From an uncultured candidate division Zixibacteria bacterium (GTDB lineage Bacteria > Zixibacteria > MSB-5A5 > GN15 > FEB-12), in assembly GCA_963664195.1 (NCBI GenBank), contig OY760907.1:2720001-2784000 (forward strand): a stretch of 64,000 nucleotides of DNA, written 5' to 3'. Positions within the stretch are counted from its first letter, which is position 1, and each line of letters starts with the position of its first letter. Below the pieces are notes generated by a model. The model saw nothing but the letters and a program-made list of their open reading frames with translations, was not told the origin of the DNA and made no database searches. Both the position numbers and the translations under genes were made by a program. Below are positions 30,152 through 38,567 of the stretch, piece after piece.

Positions 30152-31413
30152 TGGCTCAAAGAAAATCAACAGCCCGGGGTCAACTAAGTACGATACTTCC
30201 GCTATTCATGTTCGCGTTCATGGTCTTCCTGTGTTTGACCGTCTCAGGTCTGGCTCAGGATGTGGCCGAATCTGTCGCTGATACTGCGGAAGCGATCATC
30301 GAAGTTGCACCGGTGACTTCGCTCATCGCGGTAGATCACAAATGGGACGACGGCGAGCAGATCAATCTGTCATGGGTGCCGTCGGTCGACGACGTTCCCG
30401 AGATCGGCACGGTCACCGGATATCTGGTCTATCGAATAGACAACGGTGGCGAACCGCATCAGATCGCGGATTTGCCAAAGAGCCAGAACTACTTTGAGGA
30501 CAAGAACGCGGAACTGGACAGTCAATACACGTACTATGTTGTCACGACTTCAAAGAAGGCGTCTTCCGAGTCTAACCGCACCGCACAGATTGCCGCCGAA
30601 CGGGAGTGGATCAATTTTGGTCTGCTTTCCGTTTTCATCTGGGCGCTTGTTATTGGTGGAGCCGTTATAGTCTATATCGAGACCGCCAAACGTGGCAAGG
30701 ATCTTTTTGTCCGTAAGATCGCCGGTCTGGAAGCTGTCGATGACGCTATCGGGCGTGCCACCGAAATGGGTCGGCCGATTCTGTTCATTCCCGGTATTCA
30801 CGACATGGACGATGTCCAGACTCTGGCTGCCCTGACGATTCTCGGTCGTGTGGCAGAACAGGTGGCGAATTACGATACGAAGATAAGCATGCCTGTAGCA
30901 CGGTCGCTGGTGATGACCGCCGGGCGTGAGACGATCAAAGCCGGCTATCAAACGGCGGGTCGCCCGGATGCTTACAACGACGACATGGTCAACTACATCA
31001 CCGACGAACAGTTCGGGTATGTGGCCGCGGTCGACGGCATCATGGTGCGCGAGAAACCAGCCACGGTGTTCCTGCTGGGTGCGTTTTTTGCGGAATCCCT
31101 GATTCTTGCCGAGACCGGAAACTCGGTCGGCGCTATTCAGATTGCTGGTACCGCTCGTCCGGCGCAGTTGCCGTTCTTCATTGCCGCGTGTGACTTTACC
31201 CTGATCGGTGAAGAATTGTTTGCTGCCTCGGCCTATCTTTCGGGCGAACCGAAAGCACTTGGGTCGCTCAAGGGGCAGGATGTCGGCAAAGCGATAGCGA
31301 TGGTTGCGATATTGGCCGGCGTTACTCTGGCGACTGTCGCCCAGATGTCCGGTTCACCGCTCATGCAAAGTTGGCTGGAAGGTCTCAAGTCGCTGTTCAC
31401 GACCGTTCAGTGA
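30151..31413 (+). CDS. Module 2 subunit A (FN3 + DUF6754-like)
   Basis: Same architecture and motifs as 26594-27853 (DDAIGRATEMGR, CDFTLIGEELFAASAYL). Confidence 0.85.
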   Translation: MAQRKSTARGQLSTILPLFMFAFMVFLCLTVSGLAQDVAESVADTAEAIIEVAPVTSLIAVDHKWDDGEQINLSWVPSVDDVPEIGTVTGYLVYRIDNGGEPHQIADLPKSQNYFEDKNAELDSQYTYYVVTTSKKASSESNRTAQIAAEREWINFGLLSVFIWALVIGGAVIVYIETAKRGKDLFVRKIAGLEAVDDAIGRATEMGRPILFIPGIHDMDDVQTLAALTILGRVAEQVANYDTKISMPVARSLVMTAGRETIKAGYQTAGRPDAYNDDMVNYITDEQFGYVAAVDGIMVREKPATVFLLGAFFAESLILAETGNSVGAIQIAGTARPAQLPFFIAACDFTLIGEELFAASAYLSGEPKALGSLKGQDVGKAIAMVAILAGVTLATVAQMSGSPLMQSWLEGLKSLFTTVQ

Positions 31414-31428
31414 TGAGATGAGTACATA

Positions 31429-32100
31429 ATGAGAAGAGAAATACCCTTAGCGATAACCGTGATCGTCGGCTTCGTGCTGATTTTCTCGGTGTTTATTCCC
31501 CCCCTGGAATCTCTCGGGGAGAATTTCACGGTCTTCTTTGACATCATAGCCGTATTTGCTTTTTTCCTTGGCGGCGGCAACCTGTTGCGCGTTCACATTA
31601 CGAAGCTGGCAAGGAAGAAAGAAGACTGGCCGTTTTCGATTGTCACGATTTGCGGTTTCGCGCTGATGCTCGCCGCCGGTCTTTTCAAAATCGGTAATCC
31701 GGGTGACATAGCCGCGGACGTTCTCACCGAAGGATCGCTGTTCCAGTCGATTTACGAGGCTGTCTTTATTCCGCTCGGTTCGACTATGTATTCGCTGCTT
31801 GCCTTTTTCGTGGCTTCGGCGTCGTACCGGGCTTTCCGTGCGAAGAACCGTGAGGCGACCATTCTTTTGATTGCGGCCTTCGTGATTCTCCTCGGCAGCA
31901 CACCGTTTGGTGTGTACCTGACTTCCTGGATGCCTGAGTGGATGTCAATCGCGGAGATTCCGAACCTTGCCGTCTGGATTATGAGTTCGCCGAACCTGGC
32001 AGGGCAGAGGGCAATTATGATTGGAATTGGTCTCGGCGTGGTCTCCATGTCGCTTCGACTGATTCTCGGTATTGAACGTTCATACCTGGGGGAAAAGTAA
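31429..32100 (+). CDS. Module 2 subunit B
   Basis: MRREIPL; LAFFVASASYRAFRAKN; LRLILGIERSYLG. Confidence 0.85.
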   Translation: MRREIPLAITVIVGFVLIFSVFIPPLESLGENFTVFFDIIAVFAFFLGGGNLLRVHITKLARKKEDWPFSIVTICGFALMLAAGLFKIGNPGDIAADVLTEGSLFQSIYEAVFIPLGSTMYSLLAFFVASASYRAFRAKNREATILLIAAFVILLGSTPFGVYLTSWMPEWMSIAEIPNLAVWIMSSPNLAGQRAIMIGIGLGVVSMSLRLILGIERSYLGEK

Positions 32101-33018
32101 ATGCAAGACCTGGGTGTAATCGCTGTTCTGCTGGTGATAGGCTGCGGCCTCTGCTGGCTGGCGTATAGATCGTTCAAGGGCAAAGAAGTAGACCGTCGGG
32201 TCATATTCCTGTTCATTCTTATTTCCGTCGCCACACCTTTGCTGGCGAAAATCAAGTTCGATTTCAAGGCAACCCCTATCGTTCTGGCTATCTACGACAA
32301 GATTGAGGCTCTGCCTGAAGGCTCCACGGTCATGCTGTCGTTTGACTTTGACCCGGCTATGGCCCCCGAGGTTCAGCCAATGGCTAACGTTGTTACCCGT
32401 CACTGTCTGGAGAAGGGCCATAAGGTGGTTTTCATGTGTCTCTGGGCGACCGGACAGGGGCAGCTCACGATTACTTTCGAGGATGTCGTCCGCAAAGATT
32501 TCCCGGACCTTGTTGACGGTGTGGATTACGTCAACATGGGATACAAGGCCGGCAACGAGGGCGTGTTGAATGTCATCGTGACGGATTTCCAGAAGATGTT
32601 CCCGACCGATGTAAATACCGTGCCTTACGAGGATATTGAGATTCTCAAGGGCATCAAGTCCTGCAAAGACCTGGACATGGTACTGTCGTTTGGCGGCGGA
32701 CGTCCGGGGATCAAGGAATGGATCCTGTTTGTCGGCGATCCGACTGGTGTCCCGACTGCCGGTGGCGTTGCCGCCGTGGTGGCGCCGCAATTGTACCCGT
32801 ACTATCCGGGGCAGATGCTCGGCCTTCTGGGCGGTATCAAGGGCGCTGCGGAGTACGAAGCGCACTTCATGAAACACTATCCCAAGTACAGTGACATGGA
32901 AACCAAGGCCATCATTATGATGGGTCCGCAAACGGTAGCGCATATTGTAATTATGGCATTTATCATTATCGGTAATATCCTCTTCTTCGTGTCGAAGAGG
33001 AAGGGAGGTGCACTATGA
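32101..33018 (+). CDS. Module 2 subunit C
   Basis: SFDFDP...PEVQPM, GVDYVNMGY, GLLGGIKGAAEYE, AHIVIMAFIIIGN. Confidence 0.85.
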   Translation: MQDLGVIAVLLVIGCGLCWLAYRSFKGKEVDRRVIFLFILISVATPLLAKIKFDFKATPIVLAIYDKIEALPEGSTVMLSFDFDPAMAPEVQPMANVVTRHCLEKGHKVVFMCLWATGQGQLTITFEDVVRKDFPDLVDGVDYVNMGYKAGNEGVLNVIVTDFQKMFPTDVNTVPYEDIEILKGIKSCKDLDMVLSFGGGRPGIKEWILFVGDPTGVPTAGGVAAVVAPQLYPYYPGQMLGLLGGIKGAAEYEAHFMKHYPKYSDMETKAIIMMGPQTVAHIVIMAFIIIGNILFFVSKRKGGAL

Positions 33019-33821
33019 AACGCGGTGCCCTCATAGTTTTTGCAGGCGTATGCGTGTTGTTTGCTCTGAGTTGGGTTTTCAGCGCCGCCGGCGACCGTTC
33101 CAATGACAGCCTCACAGACGCGTTCATGGTCACCGTGGCGGCCTTCCTGACGCTGGCGATTATGTCTTTCCTCTACAAAGACAATCCGTACTACAAATTT
33201 GCCGAGCACTTGTTTGTTGGTGTATCGGCTGCATATTGGATGTGCCTCGGGTTCTGGTCGACCATGGTCGGCAATCTGTTCCCGCGCATATCCGAAGGTT
33301 TGTCGAATTTCTTCCTGGTTCCGTATCAGCCGGGTCCATTCAACTGGGCTTTCTACGTACCGGTGATTCTGGGACTTCTGCTGCTGATGCGTCTGTCGCC
33401 CAAAGCGGGCTGGCTTTCGCGCTGGCCGCTGGCTTTCATCGTCGGTACTACCGCCGGACTGAACTTCGTGCGCTACCTGCGCTCGGACTTTATCAATCAG
33501 ATTTCGGCGACTTTTGTACCGCTCGTAGTCAAGTGGGAGGGGTTCGGGCATTTCTTCGATAATTTCAGTCTGGCCTACGACGGTCAGTTTGTGATGATGG
33601 TCGCCAATCTGGTGATCTTCGTCGGTGTCCTGTGCGGCATCGTGTACTTCTTTTTTTCCAAGGAACATACAGGCCTGTTCGGGAAAGCTTCCCGTTTGGG
33701 CATTTGGATACTGATGATTACTTTTGGCGCTTCGTTCGGCTATACGGTCATGGGCCGTATTTCTCTTCTGGTAGGGCGCTTAACATTCCTCTTCCGAGAC
33801 TGGCTGGGACTAATTAGTTAA
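33015..33821 (+). CDS. Module 2 subunit D
   Basis: SFLYKDNPYYKFAEHLFVGVSA; WLSRWPLAFIVG; YFFFSKEH; FGASFGYTVMGR. Confidence 0.85.
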   Translation: MKRGALIVFAGVCVLFALSWVFSAAGDRSNDSLTDAFMVTVAAFLTLAIMSFLYKDNPYYKFAEHLFVGVSAAYWMCLGFWSTMVGNLFPRISEGLSNFFLVPYQPGPFNWAFYVPVILGLLLLMRLSPKAGWLSRWPLAFIVGTTAGLNFVRYLRSDFINQISATFVPLVVKWEGFGHFFDNFSLAYDGQFVMMVANLVIFVGVLCGIVYFFFSKEHTGLFGKASRLGIWILMITFGASFGYTVMGRISLLVGRLTFLFRDWLGLIS

Positions 33822-33848
33822 ACTCCCCTTATCTGAGGAGTCATCCTT

Positions 33849-35084
33849 ATGAGATACGTAATGACAGCGTTCATGGTCGTGCTGCTTCTGGCAGCATCAA
33901 GTATCATGGCGCAGACCGATCCTGTGGAGACTGACACGACCGCTGTTGAAGCGGTGGCGATGCCGGCTCCGGTGACCGGGCTGAACGCCTTTGATACCGA
34001 CAACGACCACGGACATTCAATCACCCTCACCTGGGTACCGTCGCCTGATGACGGTGCCGGGCTGAACAATGTGCTTGGCTACCGGATATTTCGGGCAACA
34101 GCGCCGGAAGGTCCGTTTGACAGTGTTGGCAGCGCCGTGGCCGGCGCCTCAACAACGGTCAATGCCGGTGCCAAAGAGCCAGAATCGCCTGACTACATTC
34201 CAGACTACACCGATTTCTGGTACCGCGTGGATGTTATGACTATAGACCCGGGCATTGTTGCTCAGGGTGACGTGTATGGTCCCGTGCAGTGCTACGGCCA
34301 GTGGTTCAACACCGGGCGCGTGCCCGTGCTGGTGGCGGTCATCGTATTCGCCTTACTAACACTGGTATTCGTTAATCGGGCAAAATCGGGTGCCGATCTC
34401 TACGTCCGTCCCCTTGGCGGGATTGAGGCAGTCGACGACGCTATCGGTCGTGCGACCGAAATGGGACGTCCGATTCTTTACGTTATGGGACTTGGTACTG
34501 CCGCCGACGTTGCCACGATCGCCTCATTCACGATTCTTGGTCGTGTGGCGAAGAAGGTTGCCGAGTATCAGACGGCTCTCATGGTGCCGACGTACGATCC
34601 GATCGTGATGACGGTGGCACAAGAAGTCGTGAAATCGGCATATCTCGACGCCGGTCGTCCGGATGACTACAAAGAAGATACCGTGCATTTCGTGACACAG
34701 TCACAGTTTGCCTACGTTGCCGCCGTCAACGGTGCGATGCTTCGCGAACTGCCGGCAACCAATATCTACATGGGCAAGTTCTTCGCCGAGTCACTGCTCC
34801 TGGCAGAGACGGGTGCTCTGGCCGGATCTATCCAGATTTCGGGTACAGATGAAATTGCACAGATTCCGTTCTTCATTGTGGCGTGTGACTACACGCTCAT
34901 AGGTGAAGAGCTTTATGCGGCTTCGGCGTATCTCGGTCGTGAGCCGATCCTCCTGGGGTCTCTGAAGGCGCAGGATTGGGCCAAGGCAGCGATTATTATT
35001 TTCGCTATCCTCGGTATCCTAGCCGCCAATTCCGGCAATGAGACCCTTGCACAATTCACCAGTTACTTCATAGTGACCAACTAG
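33849..35084 (+). CDS. Module 3 subunit A (FN3 + DUF6754-like)
   Basis: DDAIGRATEMGR, AESLLLAETG, CDYTLIGEELYAASAYL. Confidence 0.85.
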   Translation: MRYVMTAFMVVLLLAASSIMAQTDPVETDTTAVEAVAMPAPVTGLNAFDTDNDHGHSITLTWVPSPDDGAGLNNVLGYRIFRATAPEGPFDSVGSAVAGASTTVNAGAKEPESPDYIPDYTDFWYRVDVMTIDPGIVAQGDVYGPVQCYGQWFNTGRVPVLVAVIVFALLTLVFVNRAKSGADLYVRPLGGIEAVDDAIGRATEMGRPILYVMGLGTAADVATIASFTILGRVAKKVAEYQTALMVPTYDPIVMTVAQEVVKSAYLDAGRPDDYKEDTVHFVTQSQFAYVAAVNGAMLRELPATNIYMGKFFAESLLLAETGALAGSIQISGTDEIAQIPFFIVACDYTLIGEELYAASAYLGREPILLGSLKAQDWAKAAIIIFAILGILAANSGNETLAQFTSYFIVTN

Positions 35085-35098
35085 GAGGATTAAGGAGT

Positions 35099-35914
35099 AT
35101 GAAAAGAGAAGTTCCTCTCGTATTAGTCTTCCTGGGCGGCCTCTTCATGATTTTTCAGTACTTTGTACCTCATGAAAATTCCGAATGGGTCTACGAGTTC
35201 TTGCTGGACTGGATTCTCGTTATTGGCATCTTTGCCCTGGCGCTGGGTATCTGGTCATTGTTCCGTGTTTCTGTGGACAAAATCAAGAGCCGCAAGGAGA
35301 ACTGGTCTTTCAACTACGTTACTCTCGGCGGTCTGTTCGTGATGGTCATTTTTGGCTTCACGGCAAAGACCGGCGATGGTTGGGGCTGGTACTTTGTTTT
35401 TGTTCTGAGTCTTTTGCTAACGATCGGGCTGGTAATCCAAACGATGATATCGCGGACCCGGAAGGGGCTATTTCTCGGCCTGGCGGGCGTGGCGCTGCTC
35501 GTGTCCATTCTCGTTGCGGTCTTCGACGATGCCTGGGGGTTTTACTTCATGACTGCGGAAGGTCTCGAGAACTCCATGTTCCGTGCCTTCTTTGATCACG
35601 TTATGATGCCTATCCTGGCGACGATGTTCTCGTTGCTGGCGTTTTTCATTGCCTCGGCTGCGTATCGTGCCTTCCGCGCCCGCAACCTTCTTGCTTCGCT
35701 CCTGCTCCTGGCAGCGCTGGTCGTGATGCTTCGCTTCAATCCGTACCTGGCACTCATCTTCGGCGACTACGTCGCACGGGCCTCGAACTGGCTGATGAAC
35801 GTGCCGAACCTGGCCGCTCAGCGTGCCATCGTAATCGGTATCGGTCTCGGTATGGTTGCGACCGCACTGAAGGTCATTCTGGGTATTGAACGCGGTTACA
35901 TGGGGAAAGGATAA
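35099..35914 (+). CDS. Module 3 subunit B (with about 2 extra TM segments)
   Basis: MKREVPL; LAFFIASAAYRAFRARN; LKVILGIERGY. Confidence 0.85.
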   Translation: MKREVPLVLVFLGGLFMIFQYFVPHENSEWVYEFLLDWILVIGIFALALGIWSLFRVSVDKIKSRKENWSFNYVTLGGLFVMVIFGFTAKTGDGWGWYFVFVLSLLLTIGLVIQTMISRTRKGLFLGLAGVALLVSILVAVFDDAWGFYFMTAEGLENSMFRAFFDHVMMPILATMFSLLAFFIASAAYRAFRARNLLASLLLLAALVVMLRFNPYLALIFGDYVARASNWLMNVPNLAAQRAIVIGIGLGMVATALKVILGIERGYMGKG

Positions 35915-35925
35915 GGATACCGGTT

Positions 35926-36807
35926 ATGGGAATATTTGAAAAATTGATGATGCTGGACCGGCGGTGGATTTTCCTCTTCCTTATTGTGGTTTGTGTAATC
36001 GCATATGTGATACCGTATCAGGTCCCAACTCTGGTCATGCCGGAGACTCGAAAAATCTACGACAAGATAGAGAGCCTGGACGAGGGTGAGATCGTCATGG
36101 TCGCAATTGACTATGACCCGAATAACCTCGCCGAACTGCACCCGATGACCTACGCGCTCGTAGAGCATTGCTGGCGCAAAAAACTGAAAGTGATCTTCAC
36201 GGCGCTTTCTCAGAACGGACCGGGGATGGCCGATCAGGCTATTCGTGACATCTCCGACTCACTTCTCATAGATCACGAGTACAACGGAGTGATGTTCGAG
36301 GGTCGGGAGATTGTCAGCGGCGTTGACTATTGCTTCCTGGGCTACAAACCGTACTACGCGATTGTGATTCTGGCCATGGGCCAGAATTTCCGTCTGCCTT
36401 TCCCGGCCGACTACTACGGCGTACCGTTGGACTCGCTACCGATGATGCGGGGCGTTATGAACTACGATCAAGTCGCTTGCGTGGTTGACCTTTCCGGAGG
36501 AAGCATCACCGATGCCTGGATTTCCTACGGGCAAGGCAGATTCAACTTCCCCTTGGCGCTCGGTTTGACCGGCGTTATGACCGCACAGTACTATCCGTAT
36601 CTTGGTTCCGGCCAGGTGCTGGGAATCATGGGCGGTCTATTGGGTGCTTCGGAATACGAAGATCTAGCTGATAACCCCGGACGGGCCAAAGACGGAATGA
36701 GAGTACAGTTGCCTGCGCACATGGTGATCATCTTTTTCATCATCATGGGGAACGTTGGATTTTTCGCGTCCAAGCGTCGTCAACGCCAGATGGAAGAAGG
36801 GAATTAA
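35926..36807 (+). CDS. Module 3 subunit C
   Basis: AIDYDP...AELHPM, GVDYCFLGY, GIMGGLLGASEYE, AHMVIIFFIIMGN. Confidence 0.85.
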   Translation: MGIFEKLMMLDRRWIFLFLIVVCVIAYVIPYQVPTLVMPETRKIYDKIESLDEGEIVMVAIDYDPNNLAELHPMTYALVEHCWRKKLKVIFTALSQNGPGMADQAIRDISDSLLIDHEYNGVMFEGREIVSGVDYCFLGYKPYYAIVILAMGQNFRLPFPADYYGVPLDSLPMMRGVMNYDQVACVVDLSGGSITDAWISYGQGRFNFPLALGLTGVMTAQYYPYLGSGQVLGIMGGLLGASEYEDLADNPGRAKDGMRVQLPAHMVIIFFIIMGNVGFFASKRRQRQMEEGN

Positions 36808-36809
36808 CT

Positions 36810-37646
36810 ATGGACTTCTTGACTTTCTTAGGTGTGACTTTTGCGGCGTTTGTGACGCTGGCGACTTTTTCTTTCCTTTATAAGGACAACCCGTTCTACA
36901 AGTTTGCCGAGCATCTCGTGGTAGGTGTCTCGGCGGGCTATTTTGTCATAATTCTGTGGCACAACGCCCTGGTTACCAACCTGTTTCAGAAGCTGCAGGA
37001 CGGTGACTGGTACATGTTGTGGCTGAATTCATCGCAGTGGTGGTACGTGATTCCGGCCATCCTGGGTGTGATGATGTGGACCCGTTTCTCCAAGCAGTAC
37101 GGATGGGTTTCACGCTGGCCGATGGCCATGTATATCGGTATTGCTACCGGTATGGCCATCCCGCTTGAAATGGCGAACCGCGTCAACAAGCAGTTGGCTG
37201 CGACCATGATACAGATCGAATGGAACAATTTCCTCGGTCACGGCGAGTTCAACCTCCTGGATACCATGTCAGGTTTGTCCCAGATCATCATTTTTGTGGG
37301 CACCATTTCCGCCCTCATATACTTCTTCTTTTCCAAAGCCCATACCGGCGCTTTCGGGGGAGTGGCGAAGGTCGGCATTTGGACTCTGATGGTTGGGTTT
37401 GGCGCCTCGTTCGGGTATACGGTTATGGCTCGTATTTCCCTGTTCATTCAGAGAGTGCAGTTCCTCGACCAGAACTGGGTGGAGGCTGCTTTCAACAGAA
37501 ATGACAATGTTGCAGACTATGCCCAGAACGGTGTGTGGTATCAGGTCGTTTTCTGGGGGATGGTGCTGGCGATCCTCGCCTATATAGTCAAAGAGATCGT
37601 GCAGCACGTTGGCTCCAAGAACAAAGCCGCAGGTACACAGGCCTAG
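36810..37646 (+). CDS. Module 3 subunit D (with C-terminal extra TM)
   Basis: SFLYKDNPFYKFAEHLVVGVSAGY; WVSRWPMA; YFFFSKAH; FGASFGYTVMAR. Confidence 0.85.
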   Translation: MDFLTFLGVTFAAFVTLATFSFLYKDNPFYKFAEHLVVGVSAGYFVIILWHNALVTNLFQKLQDGDWYMLWLNSSQWWYVIPAILGVMMWTRFSKQYGWVSRWPMAMYIGIATGMAIPLEMANRVNKQLAATMIQIEWNNFLGHGEFNLLDTMSGLSQIIIFVGTISALIYFFFSKAHTGAFGGVAKVGIWTLMVGFGASFGYTVMARISLFIQRVQFLDQNWVEAAFNRNDNVADYAQNGVWYQVVFWGMVLAILAYIVKEIVQHVGSKNKAAGTQA

Positions 37647-37668
37647 TTCGATTTCTTCAGCTACTTAC

Positions 37669-37701
37669 AGACCCCGTCTCCAACTGGAGACGGGGTTTTT
37701 T
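37669..37701 (+). terminator. Rho-independent terminator closing the 12-gene operon
   Basis: ACCCCGTCTCCA-AC-TGGAGACGGGGT followed by a T run. Confidence 0.9.
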
Positions 37702-37960
37702 GTTATGCTAAATTGGTGCTTTTGCCGCCCCTGACGGTAGAAAAGGGGGAGAGCGGACGTTTTGGCAAGTGCCCCTCGAGACACAAACTGTCTAAACTTG
37801 GTAGTTGGCCAACGAAACGAATACTCTCATCGTACATATTGTGTGTCTCGAAAGCAGGCCAGGGCATAGGGTTACAGATCGATGAAGTTATTCTGGCCGA
37901 TAAGGTGTTAAAGACTAAAGAGTTGGGCTGAAAAAAAAGTAAACAACAAAAAACTTTCGC

Positions 37961-37989
37961 TTGACATACAGGCAATTTTTTCCTAAAAT
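37961..37989 (+). promoter_or_regulatory. Near-consensus sigma70 promoter with an A-rich upstream region
   Basis: TTGACA-17 nt-TAAAAT preceded by A tracts (UP-element-like). Confidence 0.8.
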
Positions 37990-38073
37990 CGCTTTAGAGG
38001 GAACCAATCATATGCGTAAGTCCTTAAGAAAAGGGTAGCAACCGCTAAAACACAGGGAAAGTGAGGTGGCGCA

Positions 38074-38421
38074 ATGGCTCGGACTAAGGATTCAGCCCAA
38101 GCCGAAACAGGGATCGATGCTGCCGCAAGGAAAGAAGAACCGACCAAGAAAAAGGGTAAGCTCTCCACGGCGGAGGCCAGGAGGGAATACCAGCGTCGGT
38201 ATTATCAGATGCACAAGGAGAAAGCCAAGGAGTATCAGCGGCAGTACAACTTGACTCACAAGAAAAAAGCGCGTGCCGGACGAGGCAAATCAAGTTTCGC
38301 CGCCAACCGTGAGGTGGTGCGTACTACGTTCAATACGGCAGATATCATGCACGCTCCGGTTGAGAAGACGCTCAAGATGCTCGAAAAGATCATCAAAGGT
38401 GAGCGAATGTTTACGATGTAG
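38074..38421 (+). CDS. Small, highly basic hypothetical protein
   Basis: RBS GAGGTG, own promoter and terminator; RREYQRRYYQMHKEKAKEYQRQY helix. Confidence 0.82.
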   Translation: MARTKDSAQAETGIDAAARKEEPTKKKGKLSTAEARREYQRRYYQMHKEKAKEYQRQYNLTHKKKARAGRGKSSFAANREVVRTTFNTADIMHAPVEKTLKMLEKIIKGERMFTM

Positions 38422-38443
38422 TGCGTGTTCAGCACAAATAATC

Positions 38444-38486
38444 AGGCGACCGGTGTCAAAATGCGCGATTCCGGTCGCCTTTTTTT
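38444..38486 (+). terminator. Rho-independent terminator
   Basis: AGGCGACCGG ... CCGGTCGCCT followed by TTTTTT. Confidence 0.78.
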
Positions 38487-38567
38487 ATTGCAATCTTCCA
38501 CAAAACTAGTTAGTTTCCACAACTGTGAAAAAAGGGAACGTAAGTCCTTATACCATAAGGAGATGTT

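Noticed and set aside
26594..37646. Triplication as an assembly artefact, or as a CRISPR/repeat array
   Set aside because: The copies differ extensively in sequence and length while remaining intact ORFs; there are no identical spaced direct repeats.
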